Shown: positions 1 to 9,180, counted from the stretch's first letter. The stretch: DNA of 24,098 bases from Gemmatimonadota bacterium (GCA_039586795.1 JBDHJS010000065.1:1-24098); one strand, 5' to 3'. Numbers and translations are program-made. The notes: generated from the letters alone by a model not told the origin.

Positions 1-2
1 CG

Positions 3-3000
3 GATGAGGCCAACAACTGTACGGCGGTTACTCCTTTCACTGTGAGCCCGCCGCTCACGCCCGACCTGACGGTCCAAAACGAAAGTCTATCTCCGCCGTC
101 TCCGACGGCCGGCATGTCGGTCACCTTCACTGCCGATGTAATCAACAACGGCACGGGCACGGCGGGCGGCACATCCGAGACCCGGTTGCTTGTCGACGGG
201 ACGCCGGTCACGCCGAACCAGATGACGGCGGATCTGGCGTCCGCCGCCTCGGAGACCGAAAGCTGGAGCTGGATCGCGATCGAAGGCGACCACACTTATC
301 AGGTTTGCGCCGACACCGACGACGTCATCGCCGAATCCGACGAGACCAACAACTGCACGGCGGCCATTCCCTTTACGGTGAGCCTGCCGCTCACGCCCGA
401 CTTGACGGTCCAGAACGAAAGTCTGTCTCCGCCGTCTCCGACGGCCGGCATGTCGGTCACCTTCATCGCCGAAGTGATCAACAACGGCACGGGCCCGGCG
501 GGCGGCACATCCGAGACCCGGTTGCTTGTCGACGGGACGCCGGTCACGCCGAACCAGATGACGGCGGACCTGGCGTCCGCCGCCTCGGAGACCGAAAGCT
601 GGAGCTGGATCGCGACCGAAGGCGACCACACTTATCAGGTCTGCGCCGACACCGACGACGTCATCGCCGAGTCGGACGAGGCCAACAACTGCAGCGCCCT
701 CGTCCCCTTCAGCGTCAGCGCCCAGCCACTGCCCGACCTCGTCATTCAGAGCGAAGGTATGTCTCCCGTCTCACCTACGGCCGGCATGACAGTCACCTTC
801 ACCGCCGATGTCTTCAACGGTGGTACCGCATCCACTGCAGCCACCTCTCAGACTCGCCTGTTGATCGACGGCGCGCCGGTCGCGCCGAATCGAACGACCG
901 GTAGCCTGGCGCCTACCGCCTCGGAGACGGAGAACTGGAGCTGGACCGCGGCCGAAGGCGACCACACCTATCAGTTCTGCGCCGACATCAACGACGACAT
1001 ACTAGAGTCCGACGAGGCCAACAACTGCGGCACCGCGGTCCCCTTCACCGTCGTTCCGCAGCCACGGCCCGACCTTGTAGTCCAGGACGAAGGCATGTCT
1101 CCGCCGTCACCTCCAGCCGGCGTGACGGTTACTTTCACCGCCGACGTTCTTAACGGAGGTACGGCGGCGACGGGAGCTACTTCTCAGACTCGCCTGTTGA
1201 TCGACGGCACGCCGATCGCGCCGAATCGAACGACCGGCAACCTGCCGCCGCTTGCCTCAGAGACCGAGACCTGGACCTGGACCGCGGTCGAGGGCAACCA
1301 CACGTATCAGGTCTGCGCCGACATCAACGACGAGATCGACGAATCCGACGAGACCAACAACTGCACCGCCATCGTACCGTTCTCCGTGGGGCCGCCGCTC
1401 ATGCCCGACCTGGTGGTCGCCAACCCAAGCCTGTCTCCCCGATCACCGACGGCCGGTGAAGTCGTCACGTTTACGGCAGACGTCGTCAATAACGGCACCG
1501 CCTCGGCCGGCGGCAGCTCGGGGACTCGCCTGCTGATCGACGGCGCGCCGATTCCGCCAAACCAAGCCACGGCGGCTTTGGCACCGACAGCTTCTGAGAC
1601 CGAGATCTGGAGCTGGACCGCGGTGGCAGGCAACCACACGTATCAGATCTGCGCCGATACGGACGACGATATCTCCGAGTCGGATGAGACGAACAACTGT
1701 ACGGCGGTCATCGCTTTCACATCGGACGTTCCGCCACCCGACCTGAGCGCCGGGAACGCGAGTCTATCCCCACCATCACCAACGCACGGCGTGTCGGTCA
1801 CCTTCACGGCCGCAGTCGTCAACGACGGACTCGGGCCGGCCGGCAGCACCTCGGCGACCCGTCTGTACATCAACGGCACGCCCGTGGCACCAGACCAGAC
1901 GACATCGGATCTAGCGCCAGCGGCATCTGAGACGGAGAGCTGGACCTGGACCGCGGTAGAGGGTGACTACACCTATCAGATCTGCGCTGATACTAACGAC
2001 GAGATCATCGAGAGCGACGAAACCGACAATTGCACAACGGTCGCCACGTTCCAGGTGAACGGACTGCCGGACCTGACGGTCCAGAACCAGGACCTATCTC
2101 CGTCAGCGCCGACCGACGGCGAGACGGTCACCTTCACCGCCGATGTGGTTAACGTTGGCAGCGAAGCCGCCGGGGCACCCTCACGGACTCGTTTGCTCAT
2201 CGATGGCGCGCCCGTCGCGCCTGACCAGGCGACGGGCGACCTGGCAGCGACCGCCTCCGAGTCCGCGAGCTGGAACTGGATCGCCCTAGAAGGCGACCAC
2301 ACCTATCAGGTCTGCGCCGATGTTGACGACGACATCGGAGAGTTCGACGAGGGCAACAACTGCACCCCGGTAGTCCCGTTCAGCGTTAGCGGTCGACCCG
2401 ACCTGGTCAGCCAGAACGCCGGCCTGTCTCCGCCATCGCCCATCGATGGCGAGACCGTCACCTTCACCGCCGATGTTGTCAACGTTGGCACCGCCGCGGC
2501 CGGCGCTACTTCACAGAGTCGCCTGTTGATCGATGGCACGCCGGTCTCGCCGGATCAGACGACCGGCGACCTAGCGCCGACCGCCTCCGAGACCGAGAGC
2601 TGGTCATGGACCGCGGCCGTCGGCGACCACACCTATCAAGTTTGCGCCGATATCGGCGACGCGCTGGCCGAGTTTGACGAATCCAACAACTGCACCGCAG
2701 CCGTTCCATTCAGCGTACAAGGACAGCCCGACCTGGAGGTCCAGAACGATAGCCTCTCTCCATCACCACCAACGGCCGGCGAGACGGTCACCTTCACCGC
2801 GACGGTCGTGAACATCGGCACGGCTGCGGCAGGCAGCAGCTCGCGGGTTCGCCTGCTGGTCGACGACACACCAGTTACGCCCAACAGGACCACCCCCGAC
2901 CTGCCACCCGGGGCTTCTGAGGCCGAGATCTGGAGCTGGACTGCCGTAGAGGGCAATCACACCTACCAGGTCTGCGCCGACTTCAACGATGACGTCGCCG

Positions 3001-5390
3001 AGTCCGACGAGACCAACAACTGCACGGCGGTTGTCCCCTTCAACGTGCAGGGCCGGCCCGACCTGGTGGTGCAGAACGAAAGCCTGTCTTCTCCTTCTCC
3101 GATCGACGGCGACGTGGTCACTTTCGCCGCTGATGTGGTCAACGCTGGCAGCGCTGCAGCCGGCGCAACCTCGCAGACTCGTTTGCTCATCGACGGTGCA
3201 CCGGTCTCTCCAGATCAGGCGACCGGCGATCTGGCACCCGCAGCCTCTGAGGCCGAAACCTGGAGCTGGACCGCCGTGGTGGGCGACCACACCTACCAGG
3301 TCTGCGCTGACGTCAACGGAGAGGTCGCCGAGGCCGACGAGTCCAACAACTGCAACGCGGCCGTCCCATTCAACGTACGCGCCCAACCCGACCTGGTGAT
3401 CCAGAACGAAGGCCTATCACCAGCGTCACCGAATGACGGCGACGCGGTCACGTTCACCGCCGATGTCGTCAACATCGGTACCGCCGAGCCCGGCGCGACC
3501 TCCCAGACACGCCTGCTCATCGACGGCTCGCCTATCTCACCAGACCAGACGACCGGCGATCTGGCACCGGCCGCCTCCGAGACAGAGAGCTGGAGTTGGA
3601 GCGGGGCGGAAGGGGCTCACACATACCAGATTTGCGCCGACAACGACAACGTCATCGCGGAGTACGACGAGACCAACAACTGCACCGCGGTCACCCCATT
3701 CAACGTGAGCGGCCAACCTGATCTAGTGGTCCAGAACGCGGACTTGTCTCCACAGTCGCCGTCAGACGGCGAGACCGTCGTGTTCAGCGGCGATGTGGTT
3801 AACGCCGGCACCGGGGCGACTGGCGCTACCTCTCAGACGCGCTTGCTCATTGACGGTACGCCGGTATCACCGGACCAGACGACGGGCGATCTGGCACCGG
3901 CCGCCTCCGACACCGAGGCCTGGAACTGGACTGCCGTCCAGGGTGACCACACCTACCAGGTCTGCGCCGACAACGACGACGATGTCACGGAGTCCGACGA
4001 GTCCAACAACTGTTCGGCCGTCGAAGCGTTCAACGTCAGTCCACCGCCACCTCCAAGTATCAGCACGTTGCCGAACGACCTCACGTTCGCGGCGATCTCC
4101 GGTTGGGGTAACCCACCGACTAAGACGCTCTGGATTAGCAACGGCGGCAGCCAATCCCTCGACTGGAACGTCACGGTCGACCAGAGCTGGGCGTCCCTCT
4201 CTCCGACGAATGGGAGCGCGACCAGCGAAACCGACGATGTCACGGTATCGGTGGACGTCACCGGGCTCGGAGTGGGAACGCACACCGCCACGCTCACGAT
4301 CACGGCACCGGGAGCGAGCAACACGCCCCAGTCCGTCGGGATCACTCTCGTGATCTCCGACGCGCCCAGCATTCAGGGCGTGTGGCCGACTAACGGGTGG
4401 GACCAGGCCACCCCCGCCGAGATGGGCATGGACGCGTCCAAGTTGATCGAGGCTCGCGACTACGCGCTCAACACTGGCCAGGGCGGCGGCTCAGGAATCA
4501 TCACCCGGTTCGGCAGAGTCGTCATGTCGTGGGGAAGTCAGACCGACCGGCAGGGCATCATGTCCTCGACCAAGTCAGTGGGGTCGACCATCCTCGGCCT
4601 GGCGATCGGTGACGGACTGATGGACCTGTCCGATCTCGCTCAGCAGCACCATCCAAGCATCGGCATCCCGCCGCAAAGCAATGCGGCTACGGGATGGCTC
4701 GACGACATCACGATCCTCCACATCGCCACGCAGACCGCCGGCTTCAAGAAACCCGGCGGCTACGAGGAGCTCTCCAAAGCGCCGGGAGTCCAGTGGGACT
4801 ACAGCGACGGCGGCCCCAACTGGCTCGCGGAGGCGCTCACACTGGCCTACGGCCAAGATCTGCTGTCCGTGCTTAACAATAGGCTCATGTCTCCCATGGG
4901 GGTCTCGCCTACCGAGTACGGCTGGCGGCAAAACGCATACAGAGACACCGAGATCAACGGAATCACCAACCGCGAGTTCGGTGCCGGCATCTCGGCGAGC
5001 GTCAACGCTCTCGCGCGACTCGCATACCTCTACCTCCGCGAAGGCGAGTGGGATGGAACGCAGATTCTGCCGGCCAGCTACGTAGCCACCGCGCGTGCCC
5101 CGATTCCTGGCATCGAGGACCTCCCATCCGTCTCGACCTTCAAGTTCGCCAACGCTCCTAAGCACTACGGCTTGCTTTGGTGGAACAACGCGGATGGTGT
5201 GATGCCGTCGGTGCCGACCGACGCCTACTTCTCCTGGGGCCTCGATGAGAGCTTCATCATCGTGATCCCCAGCATGGACATCGTTATCGCACGTATCGGA
5301 GACGCGTGGCGAGGCGACGACGGTGACCCATTCTATCCCGTCCTGGAAGGCTTCCTTAGGCCGATCGTCGAGTCGGTCGTGGTACCCTAA
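3..5390 (+). CDS. Giant multi-repeat surface/secreted protein: at least 12 CARDB-like Ig domains + BACON-like domain + C-terminal beta-lactamase-family serine hydrolase (5'-truncated by the window edge)
   Basis: The frame is open from position 3 (DEANNCTAVTPFTV, the tail of an earlier repeat), so GTG at 42 is not the true start. Twelve ~110-112 aa units run PDL...VTFTADVxNxG...D.DD.I.ESDE.NN (CARDB signature). ISNGGSQSLDWNVTVDQSWASLSP is BACON-like (~4060-4360). The C-terminal domain has SxxK (SSTK, 4563-4574), YSD (4800-4808) and YGLLWW/FSWG motifs. Confidence 0.88.
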   Translation, partial: DEANNCTAVTPFTVSPPLTPDLTVQNESLSPPSPTAGMSVTFTADVINNGTGTAGGTSETRLLVDGTPVTPNQMTADLASAASETESWSWIAIEGDHTYQVCADTDDVIAESDETNNCTAAIPFTVSLPLTPDLTVQNESLSPPSPTAGMSVTFIAEVINNGTGPAGGTSETRLLVDGTPVTPNQMTADLASAASETESWSWIATEGDHTYQVCADTDDVIAESDEANNCSALVPFSVSAQPLPDLVIQSEGMSPVSPTAGMTVTFTADVFNGGTASTAATSQTRLLIDGAPVAPNRTTGSLAPTASETENWSWTAAEGDHTYQFCADINDDILESDEANNCGTAVPFTVVPQPRPDLVVQDEGMSPPSPPAGVTVTFTADVLNGGTAATGATSQTRLLIDGTPIAPNRTTGNLPPLASETETWTWTAVEGNHTYQVCADINDEIDESDETNNCTAIVPFSVGPPLMPDLVVANPSLSPRSPTAGEVVTFTADVVNNGTASAGGSSGTRLLIDGAPIPPNQATAALAPTASETEIWSWTAVAGNHTYQICADTDDDISESDETNNCTAVIAFTSDVPPPDLSAGNASLSPPSPTHGVSVTFTAAVVNDGLGPAGSTSATRLYINGTPVAPDQTTSDLAPAASETESWTWTAVEGDYTYQICADTNDEIIESDETDNCTTVATFQVNGLPDLTVQNQDLSPSAPTDGETVTFTADVVNVGSEAAGAPSRTRLLIDGAPVAPDQATGDLAATASESASWNWIALEGDHTYQVCADVDDDIGEFDEGNNCTPVVPFSVSGRPDLVSQNAGLSPPSPIDGETVTFTADVVNVGTAAAGATSQSRLLIDGTPVSPDQTTGDLAPTASETESWSWTAAVGDHTYQVCADIGDALAEFDESNNCTAAVPFSVQGQPDLEVQNDSLSPSPPTAGETVTFTATVVNIGTAAAGSSSRVRLLVDDTPVTPNRTTPDLPPGASEAEIWSWTAVEGNHTYQVCADFNDDVAESDETNNCTAVVPFNVQGRPDLVVQNESLSSPSPIDGDVVTFAADVVNAGSAAAGATSQTRLLIDGAPVSPDQATGDLAPAASEAETWSWTAVVGDHTYQVCADVNGEVAEADESNNCNAAVPFNVRAQPDLVIQNEGLSPASPNDGDAVTFTADVVNIGTAEPGATSQTRLLIDGSPISPDQTTGDLAPAASETESWSWSGAEGAHTYQICADNDNVIAEYDETNNCTAVTPFNVSGQPDLVVQNADLSPQSPSDGETVVFSGDVVNAGTGATGATSQTRLLIDGTPVSPDQTTGDLAPAASDTEAWNWTAVQGDHTYQVCADNDDDVTESDESNNCSAVEAFNVSPPPPPSISTLPNDLTFAAISGWGNPPTKTLWISNGGSQSLDWNVTVDQSWASLSPTNGSATSETDDVTVSVDVTGLGVGTHTATLTITAPGASNTPQSVGITLVISDAPSIQGVWPTNGWDQATPAEMGMDASKLIEARDYALNTGQGGGSGIITRFGRVVMSWGSQTDRQGIMSSTKSVGSTILGLAIGDGLMDLSDLAQQHHPSIGIPPQSNAATGWLDDITILHIATQTAGFKKPGGYEELSKAPGVQWDYSDGGPNWLAEALTLAYGQDLLSVLNNRLMSPMGVSPTEYGWRQNAYRDTEINGITNREFGAGISASVNALARLAYLYLREGEWDGTQILPASYVATARAPIPGIEDLPSVSTFKFANAPKHYGLLWWNNADGVMPSVPTDAYFSWGLDESFIIVIPSMDIVIARIGDAWRGDDGDPFYPVLEGFLRPIVESVVVP
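60..4040 (+). repeat. Intragenic tandem array of 12 CARDB-coding repeats (330-336 bp)
   Basis: PDL codons begin at 60, 396, 732, 1068, 1404, 1737, 2067, 2397, 2727, 3057, 3387 and 3717 (spacings 336 x4, 333, 330 x6). Confidence 0.95.
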
Positions 5391-5437
5391 ACAACGATTG
5401 GCCAACTCTTCCTCCGTACCTTAGTTTCCCGCGGCAA

Positions 5438-6814
5438 ATGCAAACCAAGACCGTACTCAAGTGGTCGCTGACCATCTTGACCGTTCTCGCTGTTGCGACC
5501 GCGGTAGTCGCCTTCGCCGTACTCAAGCGCGGCCGCTACCCGGGCGTGCCGGAGAGCGGCATCCCCACCGTTCTGGTTGGCGCACGCCTGTACGATCCCG
5601 AAAGCGACACGATCATCCACAACGCCGTCGTCCTCATCGAAGGGCGCCGAATCGCAGCTGTTGGACCGACGGTCGAGTACCCCGACTCGGCACGGGTTCT
5701 TGATGTGAACGGACTCACCCTACTCCCGGGCTTCATCGACAGCCACGTCCATCTGAGCGGCATCCGCTCTCGCCGTGACGGAACCCGCGAGCTAGGCTGG
5801 GTCTCGTACCTGTGGAAGTTCCTACGCCGCTTCCCCGAGCGACGCCGCGCCTTTATCGAAGCCGGTGTCACCTCGGTCAAGAGTCTGGGCGATCCCTACC
5901 CCTGGATCACCAACCTCTCGAACCGCGTCGACAACCACCAACTGGCCGGACCACGGATATTCGCCGCCGGTCCGTATCTCACAGCGCCGGGAGGTCATCC
6001 CGTGGCGCACTTCCGGTCGACCGGTCAAGGCGACACCTCGTTCATCGCCCAGGTCGCTCGTCAGCTAGCCGGGCCTGCCGAAGCCGCCACCGCCGTCAAG
6101 CAGTTGTCCCGCAACGTGCAATTCGTCAGTACCGTCCTCGAGACCCGCGGCGACACGACCTCTCCCCGCATGTCGGCGCCGGTTCTCAGGTCGATCGCTT
6201 CCACCGCCCACGGGCTCGACCTCCGCGTGCTCACGCACGTCAGCAGCGTCGCCGACGTGAAGCTGGCGCTTCGCACCGGTAGCGACGGGCTCGAGCACGT
6301 CCCGTACGATGCCGAGCTCGATTCCACGACGCTAGCGACCCTGATCGAACGCGGCGTCATCGTCGATCCGACGCTCCAAGCCGTCGAGCTCTGGTTCTCC
6401 GTGGCGCATCCCGATACCGGCGCCGCGCGTCGCGCGCGCCGCAACACGGTGGCACTGCGGAACGCTGGCGTGCCTCTCGTGGTCGGCAGCGACGCGCCCA
6501 GCTCGGGTACCACGTTCGGCTTCACGCTTCACGAAGAGCTCCGCAACCTGGTCGAGGTCGGCTACACCCCGGGCGAAGCGATCGCCGCGGCGACCATTGT
6601 CGCCGCCAGACATTTGGGCGTCGCCGATTCCCTCGGAACAATCGCGCCGGGCAAATGGGCGGACATCATCGCCGTCGGCGGCGACCCGCTCGTCGTCATC
6701 GAATCGACGGCCGATATCTACCTCGTGATCGCAGACGGACAGGTGTTGTACAACTCATTGGGCGATGTACGACCGCCGGGCGGCATCATCGCGCTGAACG
6801 GGACGCTGAAATGA
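5438..6814 (+). CDS. Amidohydrolase-family metallo-hydrolase with N-terminal membrane anchor/signal
   Basis: LLPGFIDSHVH (HxH), GVTSVKSLG, THV, LEHV, GSDA (Asp) and the GTIAPGKWADII C-terminal motif; hydrophobic N-terminus WSLTILTVLAVATAVVAFAVL. Confidence 0.88.
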   Translation: MQTKTVLKWSLTILTVLAVATAVVAFAVLKRGRYPGVPESGIPTVLVGARLYDPESDTIIHNAVVLIEGRRIAAVGPTVEYPDSARVLDVNGLTLLPGFIDSHVHLSGIRSRRDGTRELGWVSYLWKFLRRFPERRRAFIEAGVTSVKSLGDPYPWITNLSNRVDNHQLAGPRIFAAGPYLTAPGGHPVAHFRSTGQGDTSFIAQVARQLAGPAEAATAVKQLSRNVQFVSTVLETRGDTTSPRMSAPVLRSIASTAHGLDLRVLTHVSSVADVKLALRTGSDGLEHVPYDAELDSTTLATLIERGVIVDPTLQAVELWFSVAHPDTGAARRARRNTVALRNAGVPLVVGSDAPSSGTTFGFTLHEELRNLVEVGYTPGEAIAAATIVAARHLGVADSLGTIAPGKWADIIAVGGDPLVVIESTADIYLVIADGQVLYNSLGDVRPPGGIIALNGTLK

Positions 6815-7485
6815 GCGATCGCGCCTACGCAGGTATTCTCTTTGACCTCGACGGCACCCTCGTCGATTCGCTCCAGCTCATCCTCGCGTCCTATCGACAT
6901 ACTATCCAGGTGCATCTAGAACGGACGATCCCTGACGAGGAGTGGATGCGCACGATGGGCATGCCGCTGCGCATCCAGCTCAAGAACTTCAGCGACTCAC
7001 CAGAACAGCGCCAGGCGATGTTCGAGACGTACCTGAAGCACAATCAGGAACATCACGACCGGCTGCTCAGGCCGTTCCACGGCATGCCTGAGGCCGTCGC
7101 CGCCATTCACAAAGCCGGCTATCGTTTAGGAGTGGTTACCAGCAAGATCCGCGATCACGCCTGGCGCGAGCTGCGAACGTTCGGAATGGCCGACTTCTTC
7201 GACGGAATGGTAAGCGCCGACGACGTCGAGAATCCCAAGCCGGATCCCGAGCCCGTGCACAAAGCCCTCGAGGTTCTTGATTTGGCGCGAGATGAAGCAC
7301 TGTTCGTCGGCGATAGCCTGTTCGATCTGCACGCCGGCCGCGCCGCCGGCGTGCACACCGCCGCCGCATTATGGGGCCCATTCGAACGCCAGCGGCTGGA
7401 GGAAGGTCGGCCCGACTACTGGCTGCGAGACATCGACGAGATGCTGGAATTGCTGGACGTGAAAGTAGAGTCGCACGATGCCTAG
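6811..7485 (+). CDS. HAD-superfamily class IA hydrolase (PpaX/phosphoglycolate phosphatase-like)
   Basis: FDLDGTLVDS motif I, VVTSK motif II, KPDPEP motif III, VGDSLFD motif IV. True start is ATG 6811, overlapping the amidohydrolase stop (ATGA). Confidence 0.9.
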   Translation: MSDRAYAGILFDLDGTLVDSLQLILASYRHTIQVHLERTIPDEEWMRTMGMPLRIQLKNFSDSPEQRQAMFETYLKHNQEHHDRLLRPFHGMPEAVAAIHKAGYRLGVVTSKIRDHAWRELRTFGMADFFDGMVSADDVENPKPDPEPVHKALEVLDLARDEALFVGDSLFDLHAGRAAGVHTAAALWGPFERQRLEEGRPDYWLRDIDEMLELLDVKVESHDA

Positions 7486-7921
7486 CCGCCGCAGGCCCGC
7501 AGAGCCCGTACCGGCAGAGGGGCGCGATCGCTGGCGCCGTCGCGTCCTCGTAGTTCAGGGATGCTACTATCTGCTCACCGGGATCTGGCCACTGGTCCAC
7601 TTCAACAGCTTCGCCGACGCGGTCGCTCTCGCCATCAACCCGTTTCAGGCCCAGGTCTTCGGTGCCGTGATCGCCGTTGTTGGCGGCAGCCTGATCGAAG
7701 CCGGCCGACGCGGACCGCCCGCGGCGGCCACCACAGCACTGGGGATCGCCGTGGCCGGTGCCATCGCAATGGTCAGCCTGCTCTGGCTGCCCCGCCAGTC
7801 GGCCACTTCCGCGCTATGGATCGACCTGGCTATCGAGATCGTCTTCGCCGTTGTATTAGTCTTGCTCTACCCGAAGGCCCAATCACCGGAGCGTTCGCGA
7901 GCCCAAACCCGTAGACGGTGA
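7478..7921 (+). CDS. Hypothetical integral membrane protein (~4 TM helices)
   Basis: Four hydrophobic segments; overlaps the HAD stop by 8 nt and ends 10 nt before the aminotransferase. Confidence 0.75.
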   Translation: MPSRRRPAEPVPAEGRDRWRRRVLVVQGCYYLLTGIWPLVHFNSFADAVALAINPFQAQVFGAVIAVVGGSLIEAGRRGPPAAATTALGIAVAGAIAMVSLLWLPRQSATSALWIDLAIEIVFAVVLVLLYPKAQSPERSRAQTRRR

Positions 7922-7931
7922 AACTACGACC

Positions 7932-9053
7932 ATGAAGATCAACTATTTCGAGATGGAGCGCTGGCAGTCCACGTGGGAGAACCGCGTGGAGCTCAATCTG
8001 TCTGAGAGCGGCGTACATCCCATGACGCCGGCAGAACTGCTGGAGCTGGCCGGCGCCGACCCGCAGCTGCTGCTCGAACAGCGGCTCCTCTACAACCAAT
8101 CGAACGGCACCGATGAGCTGCGCGAGCTCGTTGCGAGTATCTACCCGGGCGCCAAGCTCGAGAACGTGTTGGTCAGCAACGGCGGCTCCGAGGCCAACTA
8201 CGTTACGACCTGGAAGCTACTCGATCCTGATGACGTAGTCGTCATGCAAGCGCCCAATTACATGCAGATGTGGGGACAGGGCGAGAACTTTGCCAGCTCG
8301 GTGCGGCCGTTCCAACTGGTCGAGGAACGCGGTTGGGCACCAGACCTCGGTCAACTACGCGACGCCGTCGACTCCAGCGTTAAGCTCATCGTGGTCACGA
8401 ATCCGAACAATCCGACGGGTGCCATTCTTACCGACTCCGAAATCGACGAGATCGTCGCCATCGCCGATAGCGTCGGCGCCTGGATCGTCTCGGATGAGAT
8501 CTACGCCGGCGCCGAGCTGGATGGGACCTGGTCGCCGACCTTCTGGGGCCGCTACGACCGCCTCGTCGTAACCGCCGGATTGTCAAAAGCTTACGGGTTG
8601 CCGGGGCTCCGCATCGGCTGGGCCGTCGGACCCGCCGACTTCATCGCCGACCTGTGGGCCTACAAAGACTTCACCAGCATCTCCGCTGGCACCCTCAGCG
8701 ACCTCTGCGCCCGTATTGCTTTACAGCCCGAAACGCGAGCGCGCATCTACCAGCGCACCCAGAGCATTTTGAAGGCCAACCTGCCGACGCTGGAAGAGTG
8801 GCTGGCAGCCCGCTCTGATATCTTCAGCTATGTGCGACCCCGCGCCGGCGCCATCTTTTACACGCGTTACAGCCTGGACATCAACTCCAGCGAATTGGCC
8901 CAACGGCTGAAGGACGAGCAAAGCGTTCTCATCGTACCCGGCGACCATTTCAATATGGACGGCTACATGCGCATCGGCTTTGGTCCGCCGAAAGCGGAAC
9001 TCGTAGAAGGCCTGGACAGGATAGAAACGGTGATTCGGTCGGTTGGTGGGTGA
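7932..9053 (+). CDS. PLP-dependent aminotransferase class I/II
   Basis: NPNNPTG, SDEIY and GLSKAYGLPGLRIGW (PLP lysine); C-terminal MRIGFG arginine. Confidence 0.92.
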   Translation: MKINYFEMERWQSTWENRVELNLSESGVHPMTPAELLELAGADPQLLLEQRLLYNQSNGTDELRELVASIYPGAKLENVLVSNGGSEANYVTTWKLLDPDDVVVMQAPNYMQMWGQGENFASSVRPFQLVEERGWAPDLGQLRDAVDSSVKLIVVTNPNNPTGAILTDSEIDEIVAIADSVGAWIVSDEIYAGAELDGTWSPTFWGRYDRLVVTAGLSKAYGLPGLRIGWAVGPADFIADLWAYKDFTSISAGTLSDLCARIALQPETRARIYQRTQSILKANLPTLEEWLAARSDIFSYVRPRAGAIFYTRYSLDINSSELAQRLKDEQSVLIVPGDHFNMDGYMRIGFGPPKAELVEGLDRIETVIRSVGG

Positions 9054-9104
9054 AGGGGCTCGACCTGGCCATTGAGCATTGAGCGTTTGTCTGTTGAGCA
9101 TTAC

Positions 9105-9154
9105 TGCAAAGCAATAGGGCCCATCCCAGTTTCCCCACCAGGACGGGCCCTACT
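9105..9154 (-). terminator. Intrinsic terminator downstream of the PDZ gene (possibly bidirectional)
   Basis: Minus strand reads TAGGGCCCGTCCTGGT-GGGGAA-ACTGGGATGGGCCCTA, a 16-bp stem using G-U pairs, followed by TTGCTTTG; lies between convergent genes. Confidence 0.7.
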
Positions 9155-9180
9155 ATCTATAGGCTACCGACTACCAACCC

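Noticed and set aside
60..4040. Repeat array as a CRISPR array or DGR template/variable repeat
   Set aside because: Units are 330-336 bp in-frame protein domains with no spacers; differences are not adenine-specific; no cas or reverse transcriptase gene in the window.
87..5405. Many antisense and alternative-frame ORFs over the giant gene (and similar shadow ORFs elsewhere)
   Set aside because: Expected in GC-rich DNA; they recur with the repeat period and have no recognisable motifs.
6655..6810. Long N-terminal extensions in the ORF track (6655 HAD, 11606 sigma, 14672 GNAT, 16317 oxidoreductase, 19003 M23)
   Set aside because: They overlap upstream genes; downstream starts with an RBS, a coupled stop/start or family-typical N-termini fit better.
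5438..9053. Plus-strand operon as a sphingolipid-degradation counterpart (ceramidase, phosphatase, lyase)
   Set aside because: The enzyme families do not match known ceramidases or S1P lyase; only proximity supports it.
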